Assembly: GCA_019120275.1 (NCBI GenBank)
Contig: DWVL01000085.1
Span: 16,382 to 80,381, forward strand
Direction: 5' to 3'
Source of the DNA: Candidatus Mediterraneibacter excrementavium
Lineage (GTDB): Bacteria; Bacillota; Clostridia; Lachnospirales; Lachnospiraceae
DNA length: 64,000 nucleotides
Below, one piece after another: positions 39,534 through 49,080 of this stretch. The position numbers and the translations under genes are program-made. The notes beneath the pieces are model-generated. The model was not told the DNA's origin. It saw only the letters and a list, made by a program, of their open reading frames with translations, and did not search any database. Every line of letters starts with the position of its first letter. The stretch's first letter is position 1.

Positions 39534-42500
39534 GTGACTGATTTGAAGAATAAGATCAAACGTTTTGCCAAAGGCGATTTTCATATCCCGCAGCCGGAGA
39601 TCATTTTTCCGGAAACACGCATTATCATGCGCGTGGGGGAAGGGGAAAAATACAGAGGAAGCTTTTCGCTCCAGAATCAGGGCGGGGGCACGATCCGGGG
39701 GATCGTGTATCCGTCCTCGTATCGTGTACAGTGTGATGAGCAGGGATTTGATGCCAATCCGGTCAATATTTATTATACCTATGACGGGAGCGGCCTGGTT
39801 CCCGGACATGTGGAGCATGGAAAGTTTACGATCGTATGCAACGGCGGAGAGTTTGATATTGCATTTACCGCGATCATAGAGAAGCCGTTTGTAATGACAA
39901 GTTACGGGAAAGTACAGAGCCTGGATGATTTCAAGAAACTCTCTTTTCGTGATTCAGCGGAAGCTGTCCGGCTTTTCCGCTCCCGTGATTTTTATGAGAT
40001 ACTCAAATATGAGGACCGGCGGATACAGGCGCTTTATGACAACATGCGCCGCTGGGAGCTGGATCAGCAGGCGCTGGAAGAATTCCTTGTGGGATGCAAG
40101 CAGAAAGAGAAGATCTTCCTGACGCTTGAGGAAGAAAGCCGTGCATTCATGTCTCTGACGGAAGCGCGCAAGGAGACGTTTGCCATTAAGAAGAATACAT
40201 GGGGGTATCTCGAAATTGATGTGCGGACGGAAGGAGACTTTATCCATGTAGAGCATACGCGGATCACAACGGAGGAGTTTATCGGCAATTCCTACCGGCT
40301 TGAATATTTCCTTGATACAGAGAAACTGCACCGGGGCAGCAATTTCGGACGTGTGATCCTGGAATCCCCGTATGAGACGCTGACCTACGAGGTGGTTGTA
40401 GAAAAAGACGTTGACCGCGATGAGGACCGTCGGGCGAATGACCGTGAGTTCGCAGGTATTGTCAGAAATTATCTGAAATATGAAAGCGGGAAGCTTACGC
40501 TTGAAGAGTGGACGGATGAAGCGGAGCGGAGGATCCGGCATCTGCGCGACATGGACGGACGGAATGATTTTTATCTGCTGGCGCACGCGCATATCTGTCT
40601 GCTCGGCGGACGGGCAGATGAGGCCAAGATCCTTCTTGAATCCTATAACTACAACCGGTTTGCAATCGGAAAAGATGTGGAACTGAGCTCCTATTATTTA
40701 TATCTGACGACATTCCTTTCCAACGATTCGATCGGGCAGAGGAAGGTTGCGGAAGAGCTGTCCAGATCTTTTATCAAACATCCGGACAACTGGAAGATCC
40801 TCTGCATGCTCGTAGAGGTGGATTCTGAGTACAAGATCTACAGCGAGAGGCTGCATGCGCTGGAGAAACAGTTTTATGAGGAAAAGTCCCACAGCATCTG
40901 GTTCTATTTCCAGGCTTTCCGTTGTTACCGTGACAAGAGTTCTTCGCTGAAAAAGCTGGGAACATTTGAAATACGCGTTCTCCTTTTTGCGGTGAAATAC
41001 AGGCTCATGACCCGGGAACTGGCGCTTTATACCGCGAATCTGGCCAGTCAGATGAAGATGTTTGACAAACATCTGTATGATGTGCTCGTGCAGTCATACG
41101 GCATGTACAATGAATCGATGATCCTGACGGCAATCTGTACGCTCCTCATAAAAGGAAACTGTATGGACAGCTGTTATTTCAGATGGTTTGAGAAAGCGGT
41201 GGATGAGGAGCTCAAGATCGCGCAGCTTTATGAATATTATATGGGGACCGTGACCCCTTCAGGTTTCCATAAGCCGCTTCCTAGATCAGTATACCTGTAT
41301 TTTATGCACGGCAATAACCTGGACTATCACAAGTGCGCGTTTTTGTATGCGAACCTGATCACATATGAGGACGAGACCAGCGAGATATATGCCCACTACC
41401 GGGATGAAATGGAAGCGTTTGCGTGGAATCAGCTGGACCGCCGTAATGTGGACGAGCAGCTGAGGATCATTTATAAAAGATTTGTTGTGGAGTCCGCAAT
41501 GAATCCGGAACGGATCAAGGCGCTCTATGATGTATGCCATGCCTACTGGATCACAACAAAAGTTCCGAATATGAAATTCGTGCATGTGATCGCTGAGGAT
41601 GGAACAGTCACCCAGAAAGCGCCTTACACAGAAAACGGCGCGAAAGTCTTCCTGTATGCCAAGACGGACCGGCTGGTGTGGGAAGGAAAAGACGGCAGGC
41701 ATTACACGGATTCGATCCCGTATGACAGCAGACGTCTTTTCTACGAACTGCGCTATATGGATATGTGCAGGAAATACATCAACGGACTGCGGCGGACGCG
41801 GGAAGAGGAGCAGGCGCAGGAGCTTACGCTGGAGACTGTTCATGCCAATGGCCTGGAAAACTATAAGGAAGATGAACTGCTCGGACTCTGCAGCCGGACC
41901 ATCCGGGAGAACAATTACGAGAATGATGATTTCCTTACATATGTCTGTTTTGAACTGTTCAAAAATCAGCAGTATGATAAGGTGATCCTTACTTATCTTG
42001 CGAATTATTACTGCGGGGCAACTTCAGATATGAAGCTGCTCTGGAGAGAGGCAAGGGATTATGAAGTCCATACGCACAAGCTTGCAGAGCGTATCCTGAC
42101 ACAGATGCTTTTCTCGGAAGAACTCTTCCAGGAGGCGCCGGTCTTTGAACAGTATTATGCTGAAGGGGCGTATTTCCGCCTGCAGCAGGCGTATCTGACC
42201 TATGTCTCCAGAGAATATGTGGTGGAAGAGCGCAGGATCGGACGGAGTGTCATCGACATTATATGCAGAGAGTATGAGAAGGGTGAGGAGACCGGTGATA
42301 TCTGCAAGATTGCCGTTCTGAAGTATTATGCCGAGAGAGAGTATAATGCCCAGACCAGGAAAACGCTGAAGAAGTTTCTCCAGGAACTCTGCGGCAGGCA
42401 GATCTATTTCCCGTTTTTCCTTTCCTACGAGAAAGAATGGCTGATCGAACTGCAGCTGTGGGATAAGACCCTGATCGAGTACAAAGGGCAGAAAGGCAGC

Positions 42501-42836
42501 AGGGTCATGCTGTATTACCAGCTTCAGAAAGGCGGGGATGAATATGCGGATTATTCCACGGAGATCCTGATGCCGATGTATGAGAACATTTATGTGAAGA
42601 AATTTGTTCTTTTTGCAAATGAAAGGCTGAAATATTATTTTAAGGAAACAATAGACGGAAATTCATACCGAAGCGAGAAGGAGACCTGTGTACGGGAAAA
42701 TGAATCCGGCGAACAGGGGAGATATGGCCGTCTGAATGATATCCTGACAGAGAACGACAAGGTGGAACGCAGGAAAAAAATGCAGGCGTATGCGCTGGAA
42801 GACGCTGTGGCCGCCCACATGTTCGTACAGGAGTAA
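39534..42836 (+). CDS. Large uncharacterised protein (DUF5717-like): two Ig/BACON-like domains and a helical-repeat region
   Basis: 1100-aa ORF; N-terminal beta-sandwich pattern GSFSLQNQGGGTIRG...GKFTIVCNGGE; Tyr-rich helical remainder; start may instead be TTG 39543 after AGGTGA; DUF name recalled. Confidence 0.75.
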   Translation: MTDLKNKIKRFAKGDFHIPQPEIIFPETRIIMRVGEGEKYRGSFSLQNQGGGTIRGIVYPSSYRVQCDEQGFDANPVNIYYTYDGSGLVPGHVEHGKFTIVCNGGEFDIAFTAIIEKPFVMTSYGKVQSLDDFKKLSFRDSAEAVRLFRSRDFYEILKYEDRRIQALYDNMRRWELDQQALEEFLVGCKQKEKIFLTLEEESRAFMSLTEARKETFAIKKNTWGYLEIDVRTEGDFIHVEHTRITTEEFIGNSYRLEYFLDTEKLHRGSNFGRVILESPYETLTYEVVVEKDVDRDEDRRANDREFAGIVRNYLKYESGKLTLEEWTDEAERRIRHLRDMDGRNDFYLLAHAHICLLGGRADEAKILLESYNYNRFAIGKDVELSSYYLYLTTFLSNDSIGQRKVAEELSRSFIKHPDNWKILCMLVEVDSEYKIYSERLHALEKQFYEEKSHSIWFYFQAFRCYRDKSSSLKKLGTFEIRVLLFAVKYRLMTRELALYTANLASQMKMFDKHLYDVLVQSYGMYNESMILTAICTLLIKGNCMDSCYFRWFEKAVDEELKIAQLYEYYMGTVTPSGFHKPLPRSVYLYFMHGNNLDYHKCAFLYANLITYEDETSEIYAHYRDEMEAFAWNQLDRRNVDEQLRIIYKRFVVESAMNPERIKALYDVCHAYWITTKVPNMKFVHVIAEDGTVTQKAPYTENGAKVFLYAKTDRLVWEGKDGRHYTDSIPYDSRRLFYELRYMDMCRKYINGLRRTREEEQAQELTLETVHANGLENYKEDELLGLCSRTIRENNYENDDFLTYVCFELFKNQQYDKVILTYLANYYCGATSDMKLLWREARDYEVHTHKLAERILTQMLFSEELFQEAPVFEQYYAEGAYFRLQQAYLTYVSREYVVEERRIGRSVIDIICREYEKGEETGDICKIAVLKYYAEREYNAQTRKTLKKFLQELCGRQIYFPFFLSYEKEWLIELQLWDKTLIEYKGQKGSRVMLYYQLQKGGDEYADYSTEILMPMYENIYVKKFVLFANERLKYYFKETIDGNSYRSEKETCVRENESGEQGRYGRLNDILTENDKVERRKKMQAYALEDAVAAHMFVQE

Positions 42837-42851
42837 GGAGGTTGTTTTTTC

Positions 42852-44135
42852 ATGGGACAGGGCAGTATTATCGGCTATGAGATTAATGAAAAGACATGTC
42901 AGATCAGTTTTTACGATGATCAGCAGATGGAGCCTGACACGCTGGAGGTGGATTCCGATAACTATCAGACCCCGCTTATCATCGGAAAGCTGCGGGATAC
43001 ATGGGCATATGGAAAAGAGGCCAAGCGGCTTGTATCGATCAAAGAAGGATTCACGGTTACACGTCTGCTGAGCAAGAGCCTTGCAGGGGAGCGCATTGAG
43101 TTCGGGGAAGAGACCTATGACGCGGTGTGGCTTCTGTCTCAGTTCATCCAGATGTCGCTTCAGCCGTTCCCGGAGATTGACGGGATCGTTTTTACGGTTC
43201 CGGTCCTGACGGAGGAACTGGCCCAGATGCTCCGCGGGATCGCAGTAAGGATGAATATAGATAAGAGACATATTTTCATCCAGGATTATAAAGAAAGTTT
43301 CTGCAATTATCTGTTCTATCAGCCGAAAGAACTCTGGCAGTATGATGCGGCCCTGTTCTGCTGTGACCGCAATGAGATCAAAGCCTATATGCTCCGCCGG
43401 CTTAAACCGGGACTGGGCGGCGGCAAGACGACATTCGTTACTGTAGACGAAGTCGCAAGCGCGCATATGAAGGAACTGGCCATGGTCTATCCGGTCCTCA
43501 ATGAGGATAAGGCGAAGGAGGCGGATGCCATGTTCTGCCAGTTTATTGAAAGCGTATTTGACAAGCGGATCGTTTCTTCGGTTTTTCTTACCGGGGAAGG
43601 CTTTGAAAATAACTGGTATCCCAAATCCCTGAGGGTGCTCTGCAACGGACGCAGAGCGTTTATCGGCAATAATCTGTACAGCAAGGGAGCATGTTATACC
43701 GCTTACAGGAAGCTGTACATGCATATTGAGAATCCGGTGTATCTCTCAGAGAACAAGCTGACAGACCAGATTACAGTCAATATGCGTGTGAATGGGCAGG
43801 AGATGTGGTATCCGATCGTATCGTGGGGAGCGCACTGGTATGAGTCAAACAATCAGTGGGAAGTACTCTGCGAGGATCTGGAAGACATTGAACTGCACAT
43901 CGAATCGCTCATCCAGGGAAATGTCAGGACAGAAAAGCTCTCCCTGGCGAATTTCCCCAGGCGTTCCGAGTATTCCATGAGGCTGCAGCTGGAAACCCTG
44001 TTCCTCGATGAAAGAACGTGCAGGATCACCGTGCGGGATGCCGGCTTCGGCGATTTCTTTCCGGCGACAGATTCGTATGCGGAGAAGACGATACATTTAG
44101 GAGGAAATGATGGGAAATTTAATTCTTTGTCATGA
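42852..44135 (+). CDS. Uncharacterised protein (DUF5716-like) with degenerate Hsp70/actin-like fold
   Basis: AAGGAGG RBS; motif order IIGYEI / VFTVP / VFLTGEG / LYSKGAC parallels the DnaK NBD; C-terminal beta domain; DUF name recalled. Confidence 0.7.
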   Translation: MGQGSIIGYEINEKTCQISFYDDQQMEPDTLEVDSDNYQTPLIIGKLRDTWAYGKEAKRLVSIKEGFTVTRLLSKSLAGERIEFGEETYDAVWLLSQFIQMSLQPFPEIDGIVFTVPVLTEELAQMLRGIAVRMNIDKRHIFIQDYKESFCNYLFYQPKELWQYDAALFCCDRNEIKAYMLRRLKPGLGGGKTTFVTVDEVASAHMKELAMVYPVLNEDKAKEADAMFCQFIESVFDKRIVSSVFLTGEGFENNWYPKSLRVLCNGRRAFIGNNLYSKGACYTAYRKLYMHIENPVYLSENKLTDQITVNMRVNGQEMWYPIVSWGAHWYESNNQWEVLCEDLEDIELHIESLIQGNVRTEKLSLANFPRRSEYSMRLQLETLFLDERTCRITVRDAGFGDFFPATDSYAEKTIHLGGNDGKFNSLS

Positions 44136-44877
44136 CAGGCGGGCGGCGCATCCTTATGAGATCACAAGGATACACTGCCGGATCTTTACAATCGAAGAAC
44201 TCTGCTATTACCTCTGCAACAATCTCTATCTGATCGATTATACGATCATGAACGATCAGCTGTGTGACTGGCTGGATGAGGAACTGGGAATGGACAGGCT
44301 GGCTTCGGACCTGAGAGATGTGCTTCGTCTTCGCGGATCTGTGGAAAAATTTGTCATCACGATACTGAAAGCGTCCAGGATCTACAGAGAACCGGAGATG
44401 ATCCGTATCCAGAATGTGCTGGAGCATCTGAAGAATCAGAAAGATATAGAGCGTCAGAAATATAAGGGCGACAATCTGCTGGAGAGCGGGGAAGTGGAGG
44501 AAGCGATCCTTGTTTATCAGGCAATCCTGAATCAGGAAAAGGATGAAACGGTGGATGATAAATTCTACAGCGGTGTGTATGCCGGTCTTGGAGCCGGGTA
44601 CGGCAGGCTCTTTCTCTATCAGGAAGCGGCACGCATGTATGACAGGGCCTATCAGCTCAGCGGGGATAAAACGCTGATCAAGCCGTATCTGTATGCTTCT
44701 TATAAATACATGTCGCTGGAGGAATACCACATCCTGATCACCAAGCAGGATGAATATATGGAAGCCAACGCGCAGATGCGGCGTGAGATCGAGGAGATCA
44801 AAAAGTCGCTGCCGGATGAGACCGGTCCGGAATCTATTGAGAAATGGAAGCGGCAGCACCGCAGAAACCACGCGTGA
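44107..44877 (+). CDS. Uncharacterised TPR-like protein
   Basis: Overlaps the previous gene; KGDNLLESGEVEEAILVYQAIL and YAGLGAGYGRLFLYQEAARMYDRAY are TPR-like. Confidence 0.7.
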   Translation: MMGNLILCHDRRAAHPYEITRIHCRIFTIEELCYYLCNNLYLIDYTIMNDQLCDWLDEELGMDRLASDLRDVLRLRGSVEKFVITILKASRIYREPEMIRIQNVLEHLKNQKDIERQKYKGDNLLESGEVEEAILVYQAILNQEKDETVDDKFYSGVYAGLGAGYGRLFLYQEAARMYDRAYQLSGDKTLIKPYLYASYKYMSLEEYHILITKQDEYMEANAQMRREIEEIKKSLPDETGPESIEKWKRQHRRNHA

Positions 44878-44939
44878 TGCGTGCGTAACCGAAGTTCGGG
44901 AAACAGTCCCTCTGTCAGGACCGAGGATGAAACTAAGGT

Positions 44940-44968
44940 TTGACAGAGGGATTTTCATGTGATAGAAT
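44940..44968 (+). promoter_or_regulatory. sigmaA promoter of the amino-acid ABC operon
   Basis: TTGACA-17 bp-TAGAAT with extended TG. Confidence 0.8.
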
Positions 44969-44976
44969 ACAACGGT

Positions 44977-44996
44977 AACTTTACTGTGGTACAGTG
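44977..44996 (+). promoter_or_regulatory. HisR (TrpR-like YerC/YecD) operator-like palindrome
   Basis: AACTTTACTGTGGTACAGTG matches the recalled motif YACTTTANYNNRNTAAAGTR at 18 of 20 positions; just downstream of the -10. Confidence 0.55.
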
Positions 44997-45050
44997 ACTC
45001 ATTGGTAGAGAAAAAAAGCAAGGCCGGTCTGACCGGCGATGGAGGTAATT

Positions 45051-45851
45051 ATGAAAAAGAGAGTATTGAGTGTGCTGCTCTGCACAGCGATGGCGATTTC
45101 CGTGCTCGCAGGATGCGGGGGTTCAGACAATGGCGGTGAGAGCGAGAGCGACAAGGCATACGTGGAGGACAAGGGAACCCTTGTCGTGGGTATTACGAAT
45201 TTTGAACCGATGGATTATAAAGACGAGAGCGGCGAATGGGTCGGCTTCGATGCGGATCTGGCAAAGGCATTTGCAGAGAGCCTTGGCGTCGAGGCGGAAT
45301 TCGTTGAAATCGACTGGGACAACAAGATCATGGAGCTGGACGGCAAGACTATCGACTGTGTATGGAACGGAATGACGCTGACAGAAGAAGTAACCAGTTC
45401 CATGGACTGTACAGATGCTTATCTGGCGAATGCGCAGGTTGTTGTTGTACCGGCTGACGTGGCGGATCAGTACAAGGATGAGGCGAGCCTGGCAGACCTG
45501 AATTTTGCGGCTGAGGCAGGAAGTGCCGGAGAAGCGGAGCTGGAGGCAAGGGGACTGAATGTAACTCCGGTAACAGCACAGGCGGACGCCCTGATGGAAG
45601 TGGCGGCAGGTACATCCGATGCGGCAGTCATTGACCTTCTGATGGCGGCAGCTATGATCGGCGAGGGAACAAGTTACGCTGACCTTACCTATACGGTACA
45701 CCTGAATAACGAGGAGTACGGCGTTGGATTCAGACAGGGGTCCGACCTGACGGCAGAACTCAATGATTTCTTTGCGGCTTGTTATGAGGACGGAACCATG
45801 CAGGAGATCGCAGAGACCTACGGCGTGCAGGCTGCGCTGATCACAGAGTAG
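45051..45851 (+). CDS. Polar amino-acid ABC transporter substrate-binding lipoprotein
   Basis: Lipobox LAGC; GTLVVG, GFDADLA, IDWD, WNGMT, EEYGVGFR. Confidence 0.93.
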   Translation: MKKRVLSVLLCTAMAISVLAGCGGSDNGGESESDKAYVEDKGTLVVGITNFEPMDYKDESGEWVGFDADLAKAFAESLGVEAEFVEIDWDNKIMELDGKTIDCVWNGMTLTEEVTSSMDCTDAYLANAQVVVVPADVADQYKDEASLADLNFAAEAGSAGEAELEARGLNVTPVTAQADALMEVAAGTSDAAVIDLLMAAAMIGEGTSYADLTYTVHLNNEEYGVGFRQGSDLTAELNDFFAACYEDGTMQEIAETYGVQAALITE

Positions 45852-45885
45852 GATAAAATACTGATAAGACGGACGGGGTTATGTC

Positions 45886-46566
45886 ATGACATTTACAGAA
45901 CAGTTTCCAATTGTTGTCGGAGCGCTGAATACGGGATTTCTTCAGACATTAAAGCTCTTTTTCGTGACGCTCATCGGGGCGATCCCGCTGGGACTGATCA
46001 TTTCTTTTGGGTCGATGTCCCGGTTTAAACCGCTGAGTTATTTTACAAAGATTATCGTCTGGATCATCAGAGGTACGCCTCTGATGATCCAGCTTCTGAT
46101 TATTTATTTTATGCCGGGCCTTATGGGAAGGAATATCTGGGGCGGCGGCGAGAGCGGAAGATTCCTTGCGGCGGCGGTCGCATTTATCTTTAACTACTCC
46201 TGCTATTTTTCCGAGATCTACAGAGGAGGTATCCAGGGCGTGCCGAAAGGTCAGGAGGAGGCCGGCCTGGTGCTGGGCATGACGAAGAGCCAGATCTTCT
46301 TTAAGATCAAGCTGCTTCAGATGATCAAGCGGATCGTTCCGCCCATGTCGAACGAGATCATTACGCTGGTAAAGGATACGTCCCTTTCCCGTATTATCGC
46401 ACTCCAGGAGATCATCTGGGCGGGGCAGTCTTTCATGAAAGGCAACATGGGGATCGCGGGTGTGATCTGGCCTCTGTTCTTTACGGCGGTATACTATCTG
46501 ATCTTTAACGGCATTCTGACTGTCCTTCTTGGACGTCTGGAGAGAAAACTGGAGTATTTCAGATAG
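45886..46566 (+). CDS. Polar amino-acid ABC transporter permease
   Basis: IRGTPLMIQL, SEIYRGGI..VPKGQEEA..LGM, LVKDTSL. Confidence 0.94.
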   Translation: MTFTEQFPIVVGALNTGFLQTLKLFFVTLIGAIPLGLIISFGSMSRFKPLSYFTKIIVWIIRGTPLMIQLLIIYFMPGLMGRNIWGGGESGRFLAAAVAFIFNYSCYFSEIYRGGIQGVPKGQEEAGLVLGMTKSQIFFKIKLLQMIKRIVPPMSNEIITLVKDTSLSRIIALQEIIWAGQSFMKGNMGIAGVIWPLFFTAVYYLIFNGILTVLLGRLERKLEYFR

Positions 46567-46578
46567 GAGGACGGCATA

Positions 46579-47364
46579 ATGGCAATATTGGAAGTACAGC
46601 ATGTAAGTAAAAGCTTTGGCAATACAGAAGTGTTAAAAGATATCAGTTTTTCCCTGGAAAAGGGGAAGGTGCTTTCCCTGATCGGATCTTCGGGGAGCGG
46701 CAAGACCACGCTGCTGCGGTGCCTGAATTTTCTGGAACAGCCGGACGGCGGTGTGATCCGGGTGAATGAGGAGACTCTGTTTGACGCAGATGACCCCGGA
46801 ACGAAGCAGGAGAGCGAGATCCGCAGGAAGCGCCTGCATTTCGGCCTGGTATTCCAGTCTTTCAATCTCTTTCCCCAGTATACGGCCCTGCAGAACGTGA
46901 TGCTGGCGAAGGAACTTCTGGAGAAAGAGAAGCCGGACTATAAGGCGAAAAAGAAAGAAATCCATGAAGCGATCGAGCAGGAGGCAAAACGACTCCTGGA
47001 TCAGATGGGACTTTCGGACCGGATCAATAATTATCCGCATCAGCTGTCAGGCGGGCAGTGCCAGCGTGTGGCGATCGCAAGGGCGCTCGCACTCAGTCCG
47101 GACATCCTTTGTTTTGACGAGCCTACATCCGCGCTGGATCCGGAGCTGACCGGCGAAGTCCTGAAAGTGATCAGAGGACTGGCGGATCAGGAGACAACGA
47201 TGATCATCGTGACGCATGAGATGGCGTTCGCAAGGGATGTTTCCAGCCAGGTGATCTTTATGGATGACGGATGCATCATGGAATGCGGAACGCCGGAAGA
47301 AGTATTTGAGCATCCGAGAGAAGAACGTACAAAACAGTTCCTGTCACGGTATACAAACGGATAA
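46579..47364 (+). CDS. Polar amino-acid ABC transporter ATP-binding protein
   Basis: GSSGSGKT, LSGGQCQR, FDEPTSALDPE, VTHEM. Confidence 0.95.
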   Translation: MAILEVQHVSKSFGNTEVLKDISFSLEKGKVLSLIGSSGSGKTTLLRCLNFLEQPDGGVIRVNEETLFDADDPGTKQESEIRRKRLHFGLVFQSFNLFPQYTALQNVMLAKELLEKEKPDYKAKKKEIHEAIEQEAKRLLDQMGLSDRINNYPHQLSGGQCQRVAIARALALSPDILCFDEPTSALDPELTGEVLKVIRGLADQETTMIIVTHEMAFARDVSSQVIFMDDGCIMECGTPEEVFEHPREERTKQFLSRYTNG

Positions 47365-47379
47365 CAGGGAGCATGGCAG

Positions 47380-47424
47380 AGGCAGACGGAAAATGTTGAT
47401 TTTCCGCCTGCCTTATATTATAAT
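47380..47424 (+). promoter_or_regulatory. Inverted repeat overlapping the purB sigmaA promoter
   Basis: AGGCAGACGGAAAAT / ATTTTCCGCCTGCCT; TTGATT(47396)-17 bp-TATAAT(47419). Confidence 0.55.
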
Positions 47425-47499
47425 TGATAAACGGATCTGAACTTTTGGCGGGCCGCCTTCGGGCCGCCTGTGGATTAAAGGAAAAGGAGAACAGGAATC

Positions 47500-48933
47500 A
47501 TGTCAAATGACCGTTATGTAAGCCCGCTTTCGGAGCGATATGCAAGCAGAGAGATGCAGTATATTTTTTCGCCGGATAAGAAGTTCCGCACATGGAGAAG
47601 GCTGTGGATCGCGCTGGCGGAGACAGAGAAAGAACTGGGACTTAATATTACCGATGAGCAGATCGAGGAACTGAAGAGCCACGCGGACGACATCAATTAC
47701 GATGTGGCGAAGGAAAGAGAGAAGGTTGTGCGCCACGACGTTATGTCCCATGTATATGCGTATGGCGTACAGTGCCCGAAGGCAAAGGGGATCATTCATC
47801 TGGGCGCCACATCATGCTATGTGGGAGACAATACAGATATCATTATCATGTCTGAAGCGCTGAAACTGGTCAGAAAGAAGCTGATCAATGTGATCGCTGA
47901 ACTTGCGAAATTTGCAGATGCCCAGAAGAGCCAGCCTACCCTGGCGTTTACTCATTTCCAGCCGGCACAGCCGACCACAGTCGGAAAGAGAGCGACGCTG
48001 TGGATGCAGGAATTCGAGATGGATCTGGAAGATCTGGAATACGTGCTGGGAAGCCTGAAGCTGCTGGGATCAAAGGGTACGACCGGTACGCAGGCGAGCT
48101 TCCTGGAACTTTTCGACGGGGATCAGGAGACGATCGACAGGATCGATCCGATGATCGCTGAGAAGATGGGATTCAAGGCGTGCTATCCGGTGTCCGGACA
48201 GACCTATTCAAGAAAAGTAGATACAAGAGTGCTCAACGTACTGGCAGGAATCGCAGCCAGTGCCCATAAGTTTTCAAATGATATCCGTCTGCTCCAGCAT
48301 CTGAAAGAGGTTGAGGAACCGTTTGAGAAGACGCAGATCGGTTCTTCCGCCATGGCTTATAAGAGAAACCCGATGCGCAGCGAGCGGATCGCTTCCCTGT
48401 CCCGCTATGTGATGATCGATGCACTGAACCCGGCGATCACTTCGGCGACCCAGTGGTTTGAGCGTACGCTGGATGATTCTGCGAACAAGCGCCTGAGCGT
48501 TCCGGAAGGATTCCTGGCCATCGACGGCATTCTGGATCTGTGCCTCAATGTTGTGGACGGACTGGTCGTATATCCGAAGGTGATCGAGAAGCGCCTGATG
48601 TCGGAGCTTCCGTTCATGGCGACTGAGAATATTATGATGGATGCTGTGAAAGCGGGCGGCGACCGTCAGGAACTGCACGAGCGGATCCGTGAGCTTTCCA
48701 TGGAGGCAGGCAGAAATGTGAAGGAAAAGGGACTGGATAATAACCTGCTCGAACTGATCGCGGCAGATCCGGCGTTCAATTTAAGCCTGGAGGATCTGCA
48801 GAAAACAATGGATCCTGCGAAATATGTGGGAAGAGCGAAGGAACAGGTGGATGCGTACCTGAAAAACGTTATTTATCCGCTCCTGGAAAAGAATAAAGAT
48901 GTACTCGGCATGACTGCGGAGATCAACGTCTGA
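47500..48933 (+). CDS. purB: Adenylosuccinate lyase
   Basis: RHDVMSH, HLGATS, FTHFQPAQ, GSSAMAYKRNP signature. Confidence 0.97.
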   Translation: MSNDRYVSPLSERYASREMQYIFSPDKKFRTWRRLWIALAETEKELGLNITDEQIEELKSHADDINYDVAKEREKVVRHDVMSHVYAYGVQCPKAKGIIHLGATSCYVGDNTDIIIMSEALKLVRKKLINVIAELAKFADAQKSQPTLAFTHFQPAQPTTVGKRATLWMQEFEMDLEDLEYVLGSLKLLGSKGTTGTQASFLELFDGDQETIDRIDPMIAEKMGFKACYPVSGQTYSRKVDTRVLNVLAGIAASAHKFSNDIRLLQHLKEVEEPFEKTQIGSSAMAYKRNPMRSERIASLSRYVMIDALNPAITSATQWFERTLDDSANKRLSVPEGFLAIDGILDLCLNVVDGLVVYPKVIEKRLMSELPFMATENIMMDAVKAGGDRQELHERIRELSMEAGRNVKEKGLDNNLLELIAADPAFNLSLEDLQKTMDPAKYVGRAKEQVDAYLKNVIYPLLEKNKDVLGMTAEINV

Positions 48934-48968
48934 TCCTGTTTTTTTTAAATGCCGTAAGGACAGAATGC

Positions 48969-49004
48969 AAAGGAATGTTGCAAAGGATTGCGACATTCCT
49001 TTTT
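48969..49004 (+). terminator. Terminator after purB
   Basis: AAAGGAATGTTGCAA / TTGCGACATTCCTTT followed by Ts. Confidence 0.75.
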
Positions 49005-49080
49005 CTGTGATACTTTATTCCTGGAAAATTATGGAACAGGTGCCGCAGGGAAAATGCGGCGGAGAAAGGAATGAGAACAG

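Noticed and set aside
47428-47448. PurR box upstream of purB (GATCTGAACTTTT)
   Set aside because: Single partial match; too weak to call
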